The notes under the pieces were generated by a model. That model was not told where the DNA came from and searched no databases. It saw only the letters and a list, made by a program, of their open reading frames with translations. The position numbers and the translations under genes were made by a program. This document shows positions 1-6,920 of a stretch of DNA of 26,096 bases, in pieces. Each line of letters starts with the position of its first letter. Within the stretch, counting starts at the first letter, position 1. The stretch covers positions 1 to 26,096 of the forward strand of contig CAWHDZ010000024.1 of NCBI GenBank assembly GCA_963828255.1, given 5' to 3'. This DNA comes from an uncultured delta proteobacterium (lineage in GTDB: Bacteria > Myxococcota > Myxococcia > Myxococcales > Anaeromyxobacteraceae).

Positions 1-11
1 GAGCGCCAGCC

Positions 12-275
12 GTGAGCCGGCGCCAGCAAGCCCGGCTCGCGCTCACGCTGCGCGACGTGGACCGGGCGCTCGGCAAGCGCAACGGGACCGCGGCCCAGCT
101 CGTGACCGCCGGCCACCTCCACACCGTCCCGTTCTTCGACGAGGTGCGCGTCCCCCTGGAGGAGGTCGAGCGGCTCGTCGCATCCGGCATCACCCCCGAG
201 GGCCGGCGTCCGCGGGCGAGGCCGACTCGCAAGACCCGGAACGACACCGCCCCCATCGGCCTGGAGAACCTATGA
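12..275 (+). CDS. Excisionase/AlpA-like small HTH DNA-binding protein
   Basis: 87 aa; LTLRDVDRALG...AAQLVTAGHLHTV...VRVPLEEVERLV matches the Xis/HTH_17 pattern; basic tail; ATGA overlap with next ORF. Confidence 0.6.
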   Translation: MSRRQQARLALTLRDVDRALGKRNGTAAQLVTAGHLHTVPFFDEVRVPLEEVERLVASGITPEGRRPRARPTRKTRNDTAPIGLENL

Positions 276-498
276 CCACCAAGGAAACCGACCCGTCGAG
301 GTCGAGGCCTCGCGCAACCTGTCGCAAGCGATCGCGCTCTCCGCGATTGACTGCACCGCCGCCGAGAAGGGCGCGCGGGACGGGCTGACCGAGTGGGCCG
401 CGGGCGAGCTGCGCAACGCGGCCAGGTGCCTGCACGGCGCCGCGGAGTCGGCCGCCCAGCTCGCGGACATCCTCATCGGCAAGCGGGTGAAGCGGTGA
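272..498 (+). pseudogene. Small hypothetical protein with a 1-nt frameshift near 292-295
   Basis: ATG 272 (MTTKETDP) overlaps the previous stop; a helical protein-like frame (VEVEASRNLSQAIALSAID...ILIGKRVKR) runs 295-498 and its stop overlaps the next GTG; one extra C in the CCC run would join the two. Confidence 0.5.
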
Positions 499-737
499 CC
501 CCGGCCTTCGTCGGCGCGAAGCTCATGGCGCTCGTGCTGCTCGACCCGAGGTGTCGGGTCTCCTGGCCGTGGATCCCCGGCTGCGCTCCACGAGGCTCGA
601 TCCTCGTCGGCCCCACGGGCGAGCTGCTCATGGTTCGCGAGGACGGCGGGCTCGATCCCGTGGTCGAGGGCGGCCAGCCCCACGCCGGCATCGCAGGCGA
701 CCCGGCCGCGATCCCGACGATGGTGGTGCGGCGATGA
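495..737 (+). CDS. Hypothetical protein (80 aa)
   Basis: GTGA overlap with upstream stop; GC3-rich codons; C-terminal part of track ORF 393..737. Confidence 0.55.
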   Translation: MTPAFVGAKLMALVLLDPRCRVSWPWIPGCAPRGSILVGPTGELLMVREDGGLDPVVEGGQPHAGIAGDPAAIPTMVVRR

Positions 738-1039
738 ACGCCTGCGGAGTCGGATAGGCCATGGGGAAGATCCGCTCGCCCGGCCTAATTTCGGACCCCC
801 GGCATGGGGGCGCTCGTGCCGGGGTCTCCGACGCTGCACGGGAAGGTTTCGGCCCAGGTCTGGGGCTCCGTATTCTGGGACGCTGCTACGGGCGGATTGG
901 AGGCCCGCACCGGGACGGCCGCGGCGCTTACCGCATCCGGCGAATCCCCGGGAGCGGTCACCGGGTCGCGGAGCGTGAACGGTGGGCGGCCGGGGGCTCA
1001 CCGCCGCGAGCAGCTCCGGCGCCTCCGGCCGGCTCTCGG

Positions 1040-1500
1040 GCTGGCTCGGGCCAGGCGGTCGAGCTGGTGGCCGTCGGTGCCGCTGGGCGGCGCCTGGCTC
1101 TCGGGCCGGCGCTGGGCTCGGCAGACGCCCTAGCCGCCTCTGGCTTCCTCGACTCGGCCATCGGCTCGCGCCAGGGATACGGCGCCGCGCCACTCTCCGC
1201 CGTGGTCACGTTGGGTGAGGCTACCGGCCAGGCCGCGGTCGCAGGCGAGGACCGAACCGGCGAGGCGACCGAGCTGGCCGCCCTCTGCACGCTCGGCCAG
1301 GCGCAAGGGGACGCGACGCCCCCGCCGCGGGCTCGTGGAGTCCATCTGCCTGGACGGCCGCGGTGACTCCCCCGACGGCCCGGTCCGGGCAGGCCGCCCC
1401 GCTCAGCGCGACCTGCACGCTCGGGGACGCCACCGGGGACCGCGACGTCTAGGCGGATGCCGTTGCGCTGGTGATGCTGCTGCTACTCGGTGACGGCTGA
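1040..1500 (+). pseudogene. Disrupted repeat protein with G-x-A-x-x-L-x-A-x-x-x-L-G-x-A-x-G units
   Basis: Repeats GAAPLSAVVTLGEATG and GEATELAALCTLGQAQG lie in one frame, GQAAPLSATCTLGDATG in another; in-frame TAG at 1450-1452 before DAVALVMLLLLGDG*; start not identifiable. Confidence 0.4.
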
Positions 1501-1720
1501 ACGGAGGGCGGGATGGGCGAGACACGGGTGGTGGAGTGGGCGGCCGGCTGGACTCCGGGGGCAATTCCTGACAGCCGTCGAGGCGGCCGGCGGGCTCGCC
1601 CGCGGAGCAGTAACGGCCATCGAGTACCAGCATGACTCCGACTGCCCGAAGCTCGGCGGCAAGGCGTGCCGGTGCGATCCGAACGTGGTGGCGACGATCC
1701 GGCCGCCGGTGGCGTCATGA
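1490..1720 (+). CDS. Small phage-type protein with HDxxCP-x6-CxCxP putative metal-binding motif
   Basis: 76 aa, QHDSDCPKLGGKACRCDP; stop overlaps the primase ATG (ATGA). Confidence 0.6.
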   Translation: MTAERRAGWARHGWWSGRPAGLRGQFLTAVEAAGGLARGAVTAIEYQHDSDCPKLGGKACRCDPNVVATIRPPVAS

Positions 1721-3999
1721 ACGCCGAGCCGGTTCGCGTCTCCTGGCAACGGACGCCCGACGGCACGCCGCTCGGCAAGGCCCACAGCATCGACGCGGCC
1801 GGGCAGCTCCACAGCGCCATGACGACCCGATGGGTCAAAGGCTGCATCGCCGTCGAGACCGAGGTGCGGACGCTCCACGAGCTGCTTGACCAGGCCGTCG
1901 ATCTCGGCGGGTGCGCGCACCGATTCTCCGGCACGTTCGACCCGGGCGCGAAGGTGAACGGGAAGGTGCTCCGCTCCGGCGGGGAAGCACCGGGCGCAAC
2001 GGCCGACTTCCTCGATCACCGCGAAGGTCCGGGCGTCCTCTGCATCGACATCGACAAGAAGTACCAGCGCGACCCGTGGCTGACGCACGAGCAAGTCCGC
2101 GCCGGCCTGGTGGCGGTCGCGCCGTGGCTGGAAGGCGTCGGCCTTCTCGTCATGGACTCTTCCGGCTCGTGCATCGCCCTCGACGGCCAGGAGGTGCGCG
2201 GGCCGGGGGGCGTCCACGCCTATGCGCTCGTGGACTCCGCGCCGATGATCAAGGCGCTCCTCGAGGACGGCCACCGCCGGTCCTACCTCGCCGGCCTCGG
2301 GAAGGTCATCGTGAGCGCGGGGGCCGGCTTCCTCGAACGCTCCACGTTCGACCTGGCGCTCCGGCCTCCGACGCAACCCGACTTCGTGGTGCCGCACCTC
2401 GGGTCGCCCCGGCTCTCGCGGTCGCGCGCTCCGAGCATCTTCCCGGGCGGTCGCATCCCGGCGACGGTGGAGCTGCTCTCGTCGGCCGAGGTGGCGCGCT
2501 ACAAGCGGATGGCCGAGGCCGAGAAGTTGCGCCTCGACCCGGAGCGTAAGGCGAAGGTGGAGGAGTGCGCGCTTGCCCGCGGCATGGTCGCGCACGAGCA
2601 GCTCGGCGGCCACCTGGCCGATCACGTCGCGGCCGCGCGCCAGGCGTTCGGCACGCAGACCCTACCGCTCGACTTCGCGATCCCGCTCGGCAACGGGAAG
2701 CACCTCACCGTCGCCGAGATGCTCGCCGACCCGGCCCGGGTTCCGAAGGGGTGGAGCCTGCCCGATCCGCTCGATCCCGCCTACGGGCCGCACCGGGCGA
2801 AGTTCGACGCCGACGCGGGCGTGATCATCTCGCTCGCCCACGGCGCCCGCCGCACCTACCAGCTCGGCGCCCGCCCCGGGCCGACGCCGGATGGATCCGA
2901 ACCCGAGACCGACGTTGGGGAGGCCCCCGTGATCGACCTGTCCGGCGCCGACGGGGAGAAAACCCGCGCGACACCGAAGCCCGGGGCGGCCGAGATCGTT
3001 CTGTCGGTCTCCGAAATCTTCGCCCCCCTCCCGCCGGTGTCCTGGGTGTGCCAGGCGCTCGACATGGCTCCCGGCGCCCCGGTCCTCGTCGCCGGCTACG
3101 GCTACTCCGGCAAGACCGTCACCGTGCAGGACTTCGCCCTCGCCACCGCCTCGGGCTCCCTCGCGTGGGGCCGCTTCCCCGTCCGCGAGGGGCGCGTCCT
3201 CCACCTCGACTATGAACAGGGGTCCTACCTCACCCGCCTCCGGTACCAGCGGCTCGCCGACGCCCGCGGCCTCGACCCGCGCAGTATCGAGGGGCGCCTC
3301 GTGGTCCGCCCCTTCCCGCCCTGGTACCTCGACGCCGAGACGGACGACTTCCTCGCCGGCCTGGTGGACGGGTTCGACCTCGTGATCGTGGACTCCTTCC
3401 GGGCGGCCTGCCCCGGCACGGAGGAGAACAGCTCCGATGCCCGCGTCCCCCTCGATCGCCTGACCCGCCTTTCCGAGCGGACCGGCGCGCTCTCCATCGT
3501 CCTCCACCATGCCCGGAAGCCCTCCCAGGATCCCCGCAAGCAGGGCGGGGGGGCTCGGATGGCGATCCGGGGCTCCGGCGCCCTCTACGACGCCTGCGGC
3601 TCCGTCCTCGTGTTCGCTTCCGAGAAGGGCGAGCCCGTCACCGTCGAGCATGAGAAGGCCCGGATCACCGGGAAGACGCACGACCCGTTCCAGCTCTGGA
3701 TCGAGGACGTCGCGACCGACGCCGGCCCCGAGGCCGGGCTCCGGGTGTCCGTCCTCGACTCCGGCTCGACCTCCGCCGTGGAGGGGCCGGCCGACCGGCT
3801 CGCGGACGCGAAGGCCCGGATCCTCGATTTCGTGCGCGCCGAGGGCGGCACCACCGGCGGGCTCAACGTAATCCACCAGCGCCTAGGGGGGAGGAAGGAA
3901 ACCGTCTCCGCGGCCCTCGACGAGCTGGTGCGGGCGAAGCTCCTCCGGGAGGGCGGGACGTACCACCGCCGGACCCTTTCCATGACGGGAACCGATTGA
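1717..3999 (+). CDS. Primase-helicase replication protein (AEP-like N-terminus, AAA_25/RecA-like helicase, C-terminal wHTH)
   Basis: AEP-like motifs CIDID, SSGS...GGVHAY, TFD; Walker A AGYGYSGKT; VLHLDYEQG; Walker B LVIVDSF; IVLHHARK; RGSGAL. Start set at ATG 1717 (ATGA overlap) rather than 1666. Confidence 0.85.
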   Translation: MNAEPVRVSWQRTPDGTPLGKAHSIDAAGQLHSAMTTRWVKGCIAVETEVRTLHELLDQAVDLGGCAHRFSGTFDPGAKVNGKVLRSGGEAPGATADFLDHREGPGVLCIDIDKKYQRDPWLTHEQVRAGLVAVAPWLEGVGLLVMDSSGSCIALDGQEVRGPGGVHAYALVDSAPMIKALLEDGHRRSYLAGLGKVIVSAGAGFLERSTFDLALRPPTQPDFVVPHLGSPRLSRSRAPSIFPGGRIPATVELLSSAEVARYKRMAEAEKLRLDPERKAKVEECALARGMVAHEQLGGHLADHVAAARQAFGTQTLPLDFAIPLGNGKHLTVAEMLADPARVPKGWSLPDPLDPAYGPHRAKFDADAGVIISLAHGARRTYQLGARPGPTPDGSEPETDVGEAPVIDLSGADGEKTRATPKPGAAEIVLSVSEIFAPLPPVSWVCQALDMAPGAPVLVAGYGYSGKTVTVQDFALATASGSLAWGRFPVREGRVLHLDYEQGSYLTRLRYQRLADARGLDPRSIEGRLVVRPFPPWYLDAETDDFLAGLVDGFDLVIVDSFRAACPGTEENSSDARVPLDRLTRLSERTGALSIVLHHARKPSQDPRKQGGGARMAIRGSGALYDACGSVLVFASEKGEPVTVEHEKARITGKTHDPFQLWIEDVATDAGPEAGLRVSVLDSGSTSAVEGPADRLADAKARILDFVRAEGGTTGGLNVIHQRLGGRKETVSAALDELVRAKLLREGGTYHRRTLSMTGTD

Positions 4000-4151
4000 G
4001 CCTCTCCACCCCCCACCCCCGAGGCACGGGATCGGTTCCCGGGATCGGTTCCCGCCTAAAGGCGGGGAACCGATGCGACCGATACCGGGGCCAGCGATCC
4101 CTATCGGTTCCCGGAACCGATCGGGAACCGATGGGAACCGATGGAACCGAT
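3987..4151. repeat. Iteron cluster, putative replication origin: 9 copies of (G)GGAACCGAT in both orientations
   Basis: Forward copies at 3987, 4065, 4113, 4123, 4133, 4143; reverse copies (ATCGGTTCCC) at 4031, 4044, 4103; immediately downstream of the primase-helicase. Confidence 0.8.
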
Positions 4152-4157
4152 CACGCC

Positions 4158-4334
4158 ATGACCACCGCTCCCGCCGCTCCCGCCCGCCAACGCGCCCCCG
4201 CCTCCGACCTCCTGGCCCGGTTCCGCGAGCGGGTGCGCCGCCTGCGCCGCGACGCCGCTCCCGAACCGACGGCTCCCCCCGAGCCGGCCTCGCCCGACGA
4301 AGAGGACCGAGACCAACCGTGGTGGACCAAGTGA
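4158..4334 (+). CDS. Hypothetical protein (58 aa)
   Basis: ATG right after the iterons; MTTAPAAP...SDLLARFRERVRRLRR...QPWWTK. Confidence 0.55.
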   Translation: MTTAPAAPARQRAPASDLLARFRERVRRLRRDAAPEPTAPPEPASPDEEDRDQPWWTK

Positions 4335-4354
4335 CCCGCCCCGAGGAGCCGACC

Positions 4355-4564
4355 ATGACCGCCCGTACCTGTCCCCGCTGCGGCGCCGAGATGCCCGCCG
4401 TGCGCGACCTCGCGTTCACCGCCCTGCACGCGCGCCGCGCCCTCGACTCCAGCCGGCTCGCGCTCCCTGGCGGCGACGTGGCGCAGGCCGTCCGCGCCCT
4501 CGCCGCGGGGCTGGCCTGCATCGCCAGTCTGTGCCCGCCCGCCATCCCGAAGGAGACCCCGTGA
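4355..4564 (+). CDS. Small Cys4 putative zinc-binding protein, paralog A (69 aa)
   Basis: GAGGAG RBS at 4343; CPRC...CIASLC; homologous to next ORF. Confidence 0.7.
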   Translation: MTARTCPRCGAEMPAVRDLAFTALHARRALDSSRLALPGGDVAQAVRALAAGLACIASLCPPAIPKETP

Positions 4565-4770
4565 CCACCCCACGCCGTTGCGCCCGTTGCGGCGCCGACG
4601 TCCTCCCCATCCTCGACCTGGCCATGGTCGCCAAGCGGGCCGACAAGGCGCTCCGGTCCATGCGCCTGGCCGTTCCCGATGACGCGACCAAGGGACTGCG
4701 CACGCTCGCCAGCGCCCTCGCCTGCTACTCCCAGACCTGCACGCCACACGACCGGAGGGACGCGGCATGA
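4561..4770 (+). CDS. Small Cys4 putative zinc-binding protein, paralog B (69 aa)
   Basis: AAGGAG RBS and GTGA overlap; CARC...CYSQTC; about 26 identities to paralog A by manual alignment. Confidence 0.7.
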   Translation: MTTPRRCARCGADVLPILDLAMVAKRADKALRSMRLAVPDDATKGLRTLASALACYSQTCTPHDRRDAA

Positions 4771-5081
4771 CGCCCCCCGTGTGCAAGCTCGCCCGCGACC
4801 TGGCCGTCGGTGACTACCTCATCACCGCCATCGGCACGGCGCCCGTGACCGCCATCGTGCCCGACCGTGGCGGCCTGGCCGTCCACCTCGACATCTTCCA
4901 CGAGCGGTCTACCCGCCCGGCCTCCGAGACCCGCGTGCTCTGGCTCTACCCAGGCCAACGGATTGCCGTCCGCTCCCGCAACGGAGCCCCGCCCTTGAAC
5001 GCGGCGCGCGCCCGCGGCCGTGACCAGCCCCCCGCCTTCCTGCGTCGCCGCACGGGGCAGGAACCCGAGGTCACGCCATGA
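4767..5081 (+). CDS. Hypothetical protein, possible small beta-barrel (ARDLAVGD motif)
   Basis: GGAGG RBS, ATGA overlaps at both ends, alternating beta-strand pattern. Confidence 0.6.
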   Translation: MTPPVCKLARDLAVGDYLITAIGTAPVTAIVPDRGGLAVHLDIFHERSTRPASETRVLWLYPGQRIAVRSRNGAPPLNAARARGRDQPPAFLRRRTGQEPEVTP

Positions 5082-5377
5082 ACCGCCCCGCTCGACGCGA
5101 GGTGGGACGCGCCCTCGCCTTCACCATCGCCGGCCGCCTCGCCGATGCACGCGACTCCCTCCGACGCTTGCGTGCGTTCGATGACCGGCAACGGTGGATC
5201 GCCCGACGCGACGATGACGCGTCGCAACTGCCGCTGCCGATCGAGGGAGGGGGGGCACTAGGCTTGGGTCCCTCCTCGGGGGGGACCAATGCGGGTCCTG
5301 ACGAGCCCGATAGAGGGCGAGGCAAGGAATTCAATACGTTGCGGTCGGCCGGTCACGGGAGGCGAAATGCTGAGTGA
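5078..5377 (+). CDS. Hypothetical protein; 3' part reads through the cos-like site
   Basis: ATGA overlap and GAGG RBS; first ~55 aa look protein-like, the rest is low complexity. Confidence 0.45.
   Translation: MNRPARREVGRALAFTIAGRLADARDSLRRLRAFDDRQRWIARRDDDASQLPLPIEGGGALGLGPSSGGTNAGPDEPDRGRGKEFNTLRSAGHGRRNAE
5266..5310 (+). other. Putative lambda-type cos (cosQ/cosN-like) packaging site
   Basis: GGGTCCCTCCTCGGGGGGGACCAATGCGGGTCCTGACGAGCCCG resembles lambda GGGTCCTTTCC...TTACGGGGCGGCGACCTCGCGG; lies about 60 bp upstream of a Nu1-like gene. Confidence 0.5.
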
Positions 5378-5834
5378 GAGGCAGTTCGCCAAGCTGGTGG
5401 GGTCGTCCCTCTCGACCGTGCAGGAGCGGCGGAAGGCCAAGCGGCTCCCGAAGTCCGCGAAGAAGGACGCCAAGGGCCGGTGGCGGATCGACCCCGTGAA
5501 GGGCCTGGTCGAGTGGGAGGCGCTCGCGCCGCTCCGGGTAGGCGCCCGAGGTGGCGACGTTCCGGCGCTCACGGCCTGGCGGGAGGCGCGCTCCCGGCGG
5601 GAGGCGGCGCTCGCCGGCCTGGCGGAAGACGAGTTGCGCAAGAGCCGGAGCGAGCTGGTGAACGCGGCGGAGATGCAGGACGTGATGGTCGAAGCGTTCA
5701 CGCGCGCCAAGTCGAAGCTGCTCGGGATCCCGACGCGGATCCGGCACCAATGTCCGCACCTCTCCCTCGCCGACCTGGCGGTACTCGACGGGCTGATCCG
5801 CGAGGCGCTCGAAGACCTGGCGGAAGGCCGATGA
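5367..5834 (+). CDS. Terminase small subunit, lambda Nu1-like
   Basis: GGGAGG RBS; N-terminal wHTH (SERQFAKLVGSSLSTVQ); EARSRREAALAGLAEDELRKSRSELV, LLGIPTRI and IREALEDL are typical Nu1-family segments. Confidence 0.8.
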   Translation: MLSERQFAKLVGSSLSTVQERRKAKRLPKSAKKDAKGRWRIDPVKGLVEWEALAPLRVGARGGDVPALTAWREARSRREAALAGLAEDELRKSRSELVNAAEMQDVMVEAFTRAKSKLLGIPTRIRHQCPHLSLADLAVLDGLIREALEDLAEGR

Positions 5835-6004
5835 CCGTGGCCCTCCGCCCCTGCATCTTCTGCGGCGCCTCCACCTGGCCGGGCCAGCGCGTGTGCCCCC
5901 GGTGCCGTGAGGCGAAGCGGCGCCAGCTCGCCAAGGTGTTCGCCAAGGCCGCGCGGGCGTGGAGGCCGCCGGCCCGGAAGCGGGCGAGGCGGGGCGAGCG
6001 GTGA
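5831..6004 (+). CDS. 57-aa zinc-ribbon protein with basic C-terminal helix
   Basis: ATGA overlap with terS; CIFC-x10-CPRC; tail LAKVFAKAARAWRPPARKR. Confidence 0.65.
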   Translation: MTVALRPCIFCGASTWPGQRVCPRCREAKRRQLAKVFAKAARAWRPPARKRARRGER

Positions 6005-6504
6005 GGCTCGTCGCCCTGTCCCCGCCGCCCGTCGGCTGGCGGCCGTCCGGCTGGCCTCCGGCGAGCCCGGAGCCCCGGTGCGGGTGCGGGGCGCGAGTCG
6101 TCGCCAGGTCGTCGAGGTTCACGAGCTGCGCGCGTGGGTGCGTCCACCTGGCCGTGCTCACCGGCGAGCTGGTGAAGGCGAAGGGCAACGGGCACGCGCC
6201 TGCTACTTCGCAGACCGCGAAGAGGCAAAACGCCAAGACCGCGAAGAAGGCCCCGAAGAAGGCGAAGCCTGCGCCGCCCGCGCCCACCCCCGAGCAAGAA
6301 CGCTTCCGGCGCCTACTCGCCCCGGTGCGGCTCATGGAATACGGGTTCGTGCAGGACCAGCGCCGCGGGCGCCCGGCGTCGGCCGGCTCGGTCGCGCTGG
6401 CCCTCGTGGCGCTGCATCGCTTCCGGGAGGCGTGCCCCGGCCACGGTGAGGAGATCGCCGCGGCGCTTCCCTGGCTCACGCGCAAGGCCGGCCGGGCGGC
6501 ATGA
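6001..6504 (+). CDS. Hypothetical protein (167 aa): Cys cluster, Lys/Ala/Pro linker, helical C-terminus
   Basis: GTGA and ATGA overlaps at both ends; CGCG...CARGC; KTAKKAPKKAKPAPP. Confidence 0.6.
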   Translation: MRLVALSPPPVGWRPSGWPPASPEPRCGCGARVVARSSRFTSCARGCVHLAVLTGELVKAKGNGHAPATSQTAKRQNAKTAKKAPKKAKPAPPAPTPEQERFRRLLAPVRLMEYGFVQDQRRGRPASAGSVALALVALHRFREACPGHGEEIAAALPWLTRKAGRAA

Positions 6505-6920
6505 CCGACGCCGAGGCGCTCCGGGCCTTCGTGGTGGTGGCGGCCGGGCTCGATCCCGACCTTGCCCGCTGGGCCGCGGCCGCGGTCTGGCGTGGCCTCG
6601 CTCCCTCCCGCCGGCGCCGGATGCGCAACGACCTCTTGCGCCAGGCGGCCCGGCTCCTCCCGCCGCTCTCCGCTTGGCAGAAAGCTCACGTCCTCGCCGA
6701 CCTGGCCCGGAAGCCGTGTTCGCCCCCGGGCGTGGGCAGCGCGTCCGCGCTCGTGAGCCTGGCGCTGGCCGTCTACCCGTCCTCCCGCCGTGACCGGAAG
6801 CTCGGGGCCGCGCAGGTCTTCCGCGTGCTCGTTTCTCACAAGTCGCCCCGCGAGATGGAAGCGGAAGCGGCTCCAGACTTCGGGCTGATGCTGGACAACC
6901 TCAAGAGGGCACACCGATGA
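6501..6920 (+). CDS. Hypothetical basic helical protein, possible DNA-binding regulator
   Basis: 139 aa, ATGA overlaps; RRRRMRNDLLRQAA...SAWQKA; directly precedes the capsid gene. Confidence 0.55.
   Translation: MTDAEALRAFVVVAAGLDPDLARWAAAAVWRGLAPSRRRRMRNDLLRQAARLLPPLSAWQKAHVLADLARKPCSPPGVGSASALVSLALAVYPSSRRDRKLGAAQVFRVLVSHKSPREMEAEAAPDFGLMLDNLKRAHR

Noticed and set aside
761..1366. 201-aa ORF as a single gene
   Set aside because: The 5' half crosses hairpin-rich DNA and is not protein-like; only the repeat-bearing part looks coding.
3996..4157. ORF starts at 3996 and 4073
   Set aside because: They translate the iteron array; better starts are at 4158 and 4355.
4767..4830. Intein/Hint domain from the ARDLAVGD motif
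   Set aside because: The ORF is too short and lacks the N-terminal Cys and C-terminal His-Asn splice motifs.
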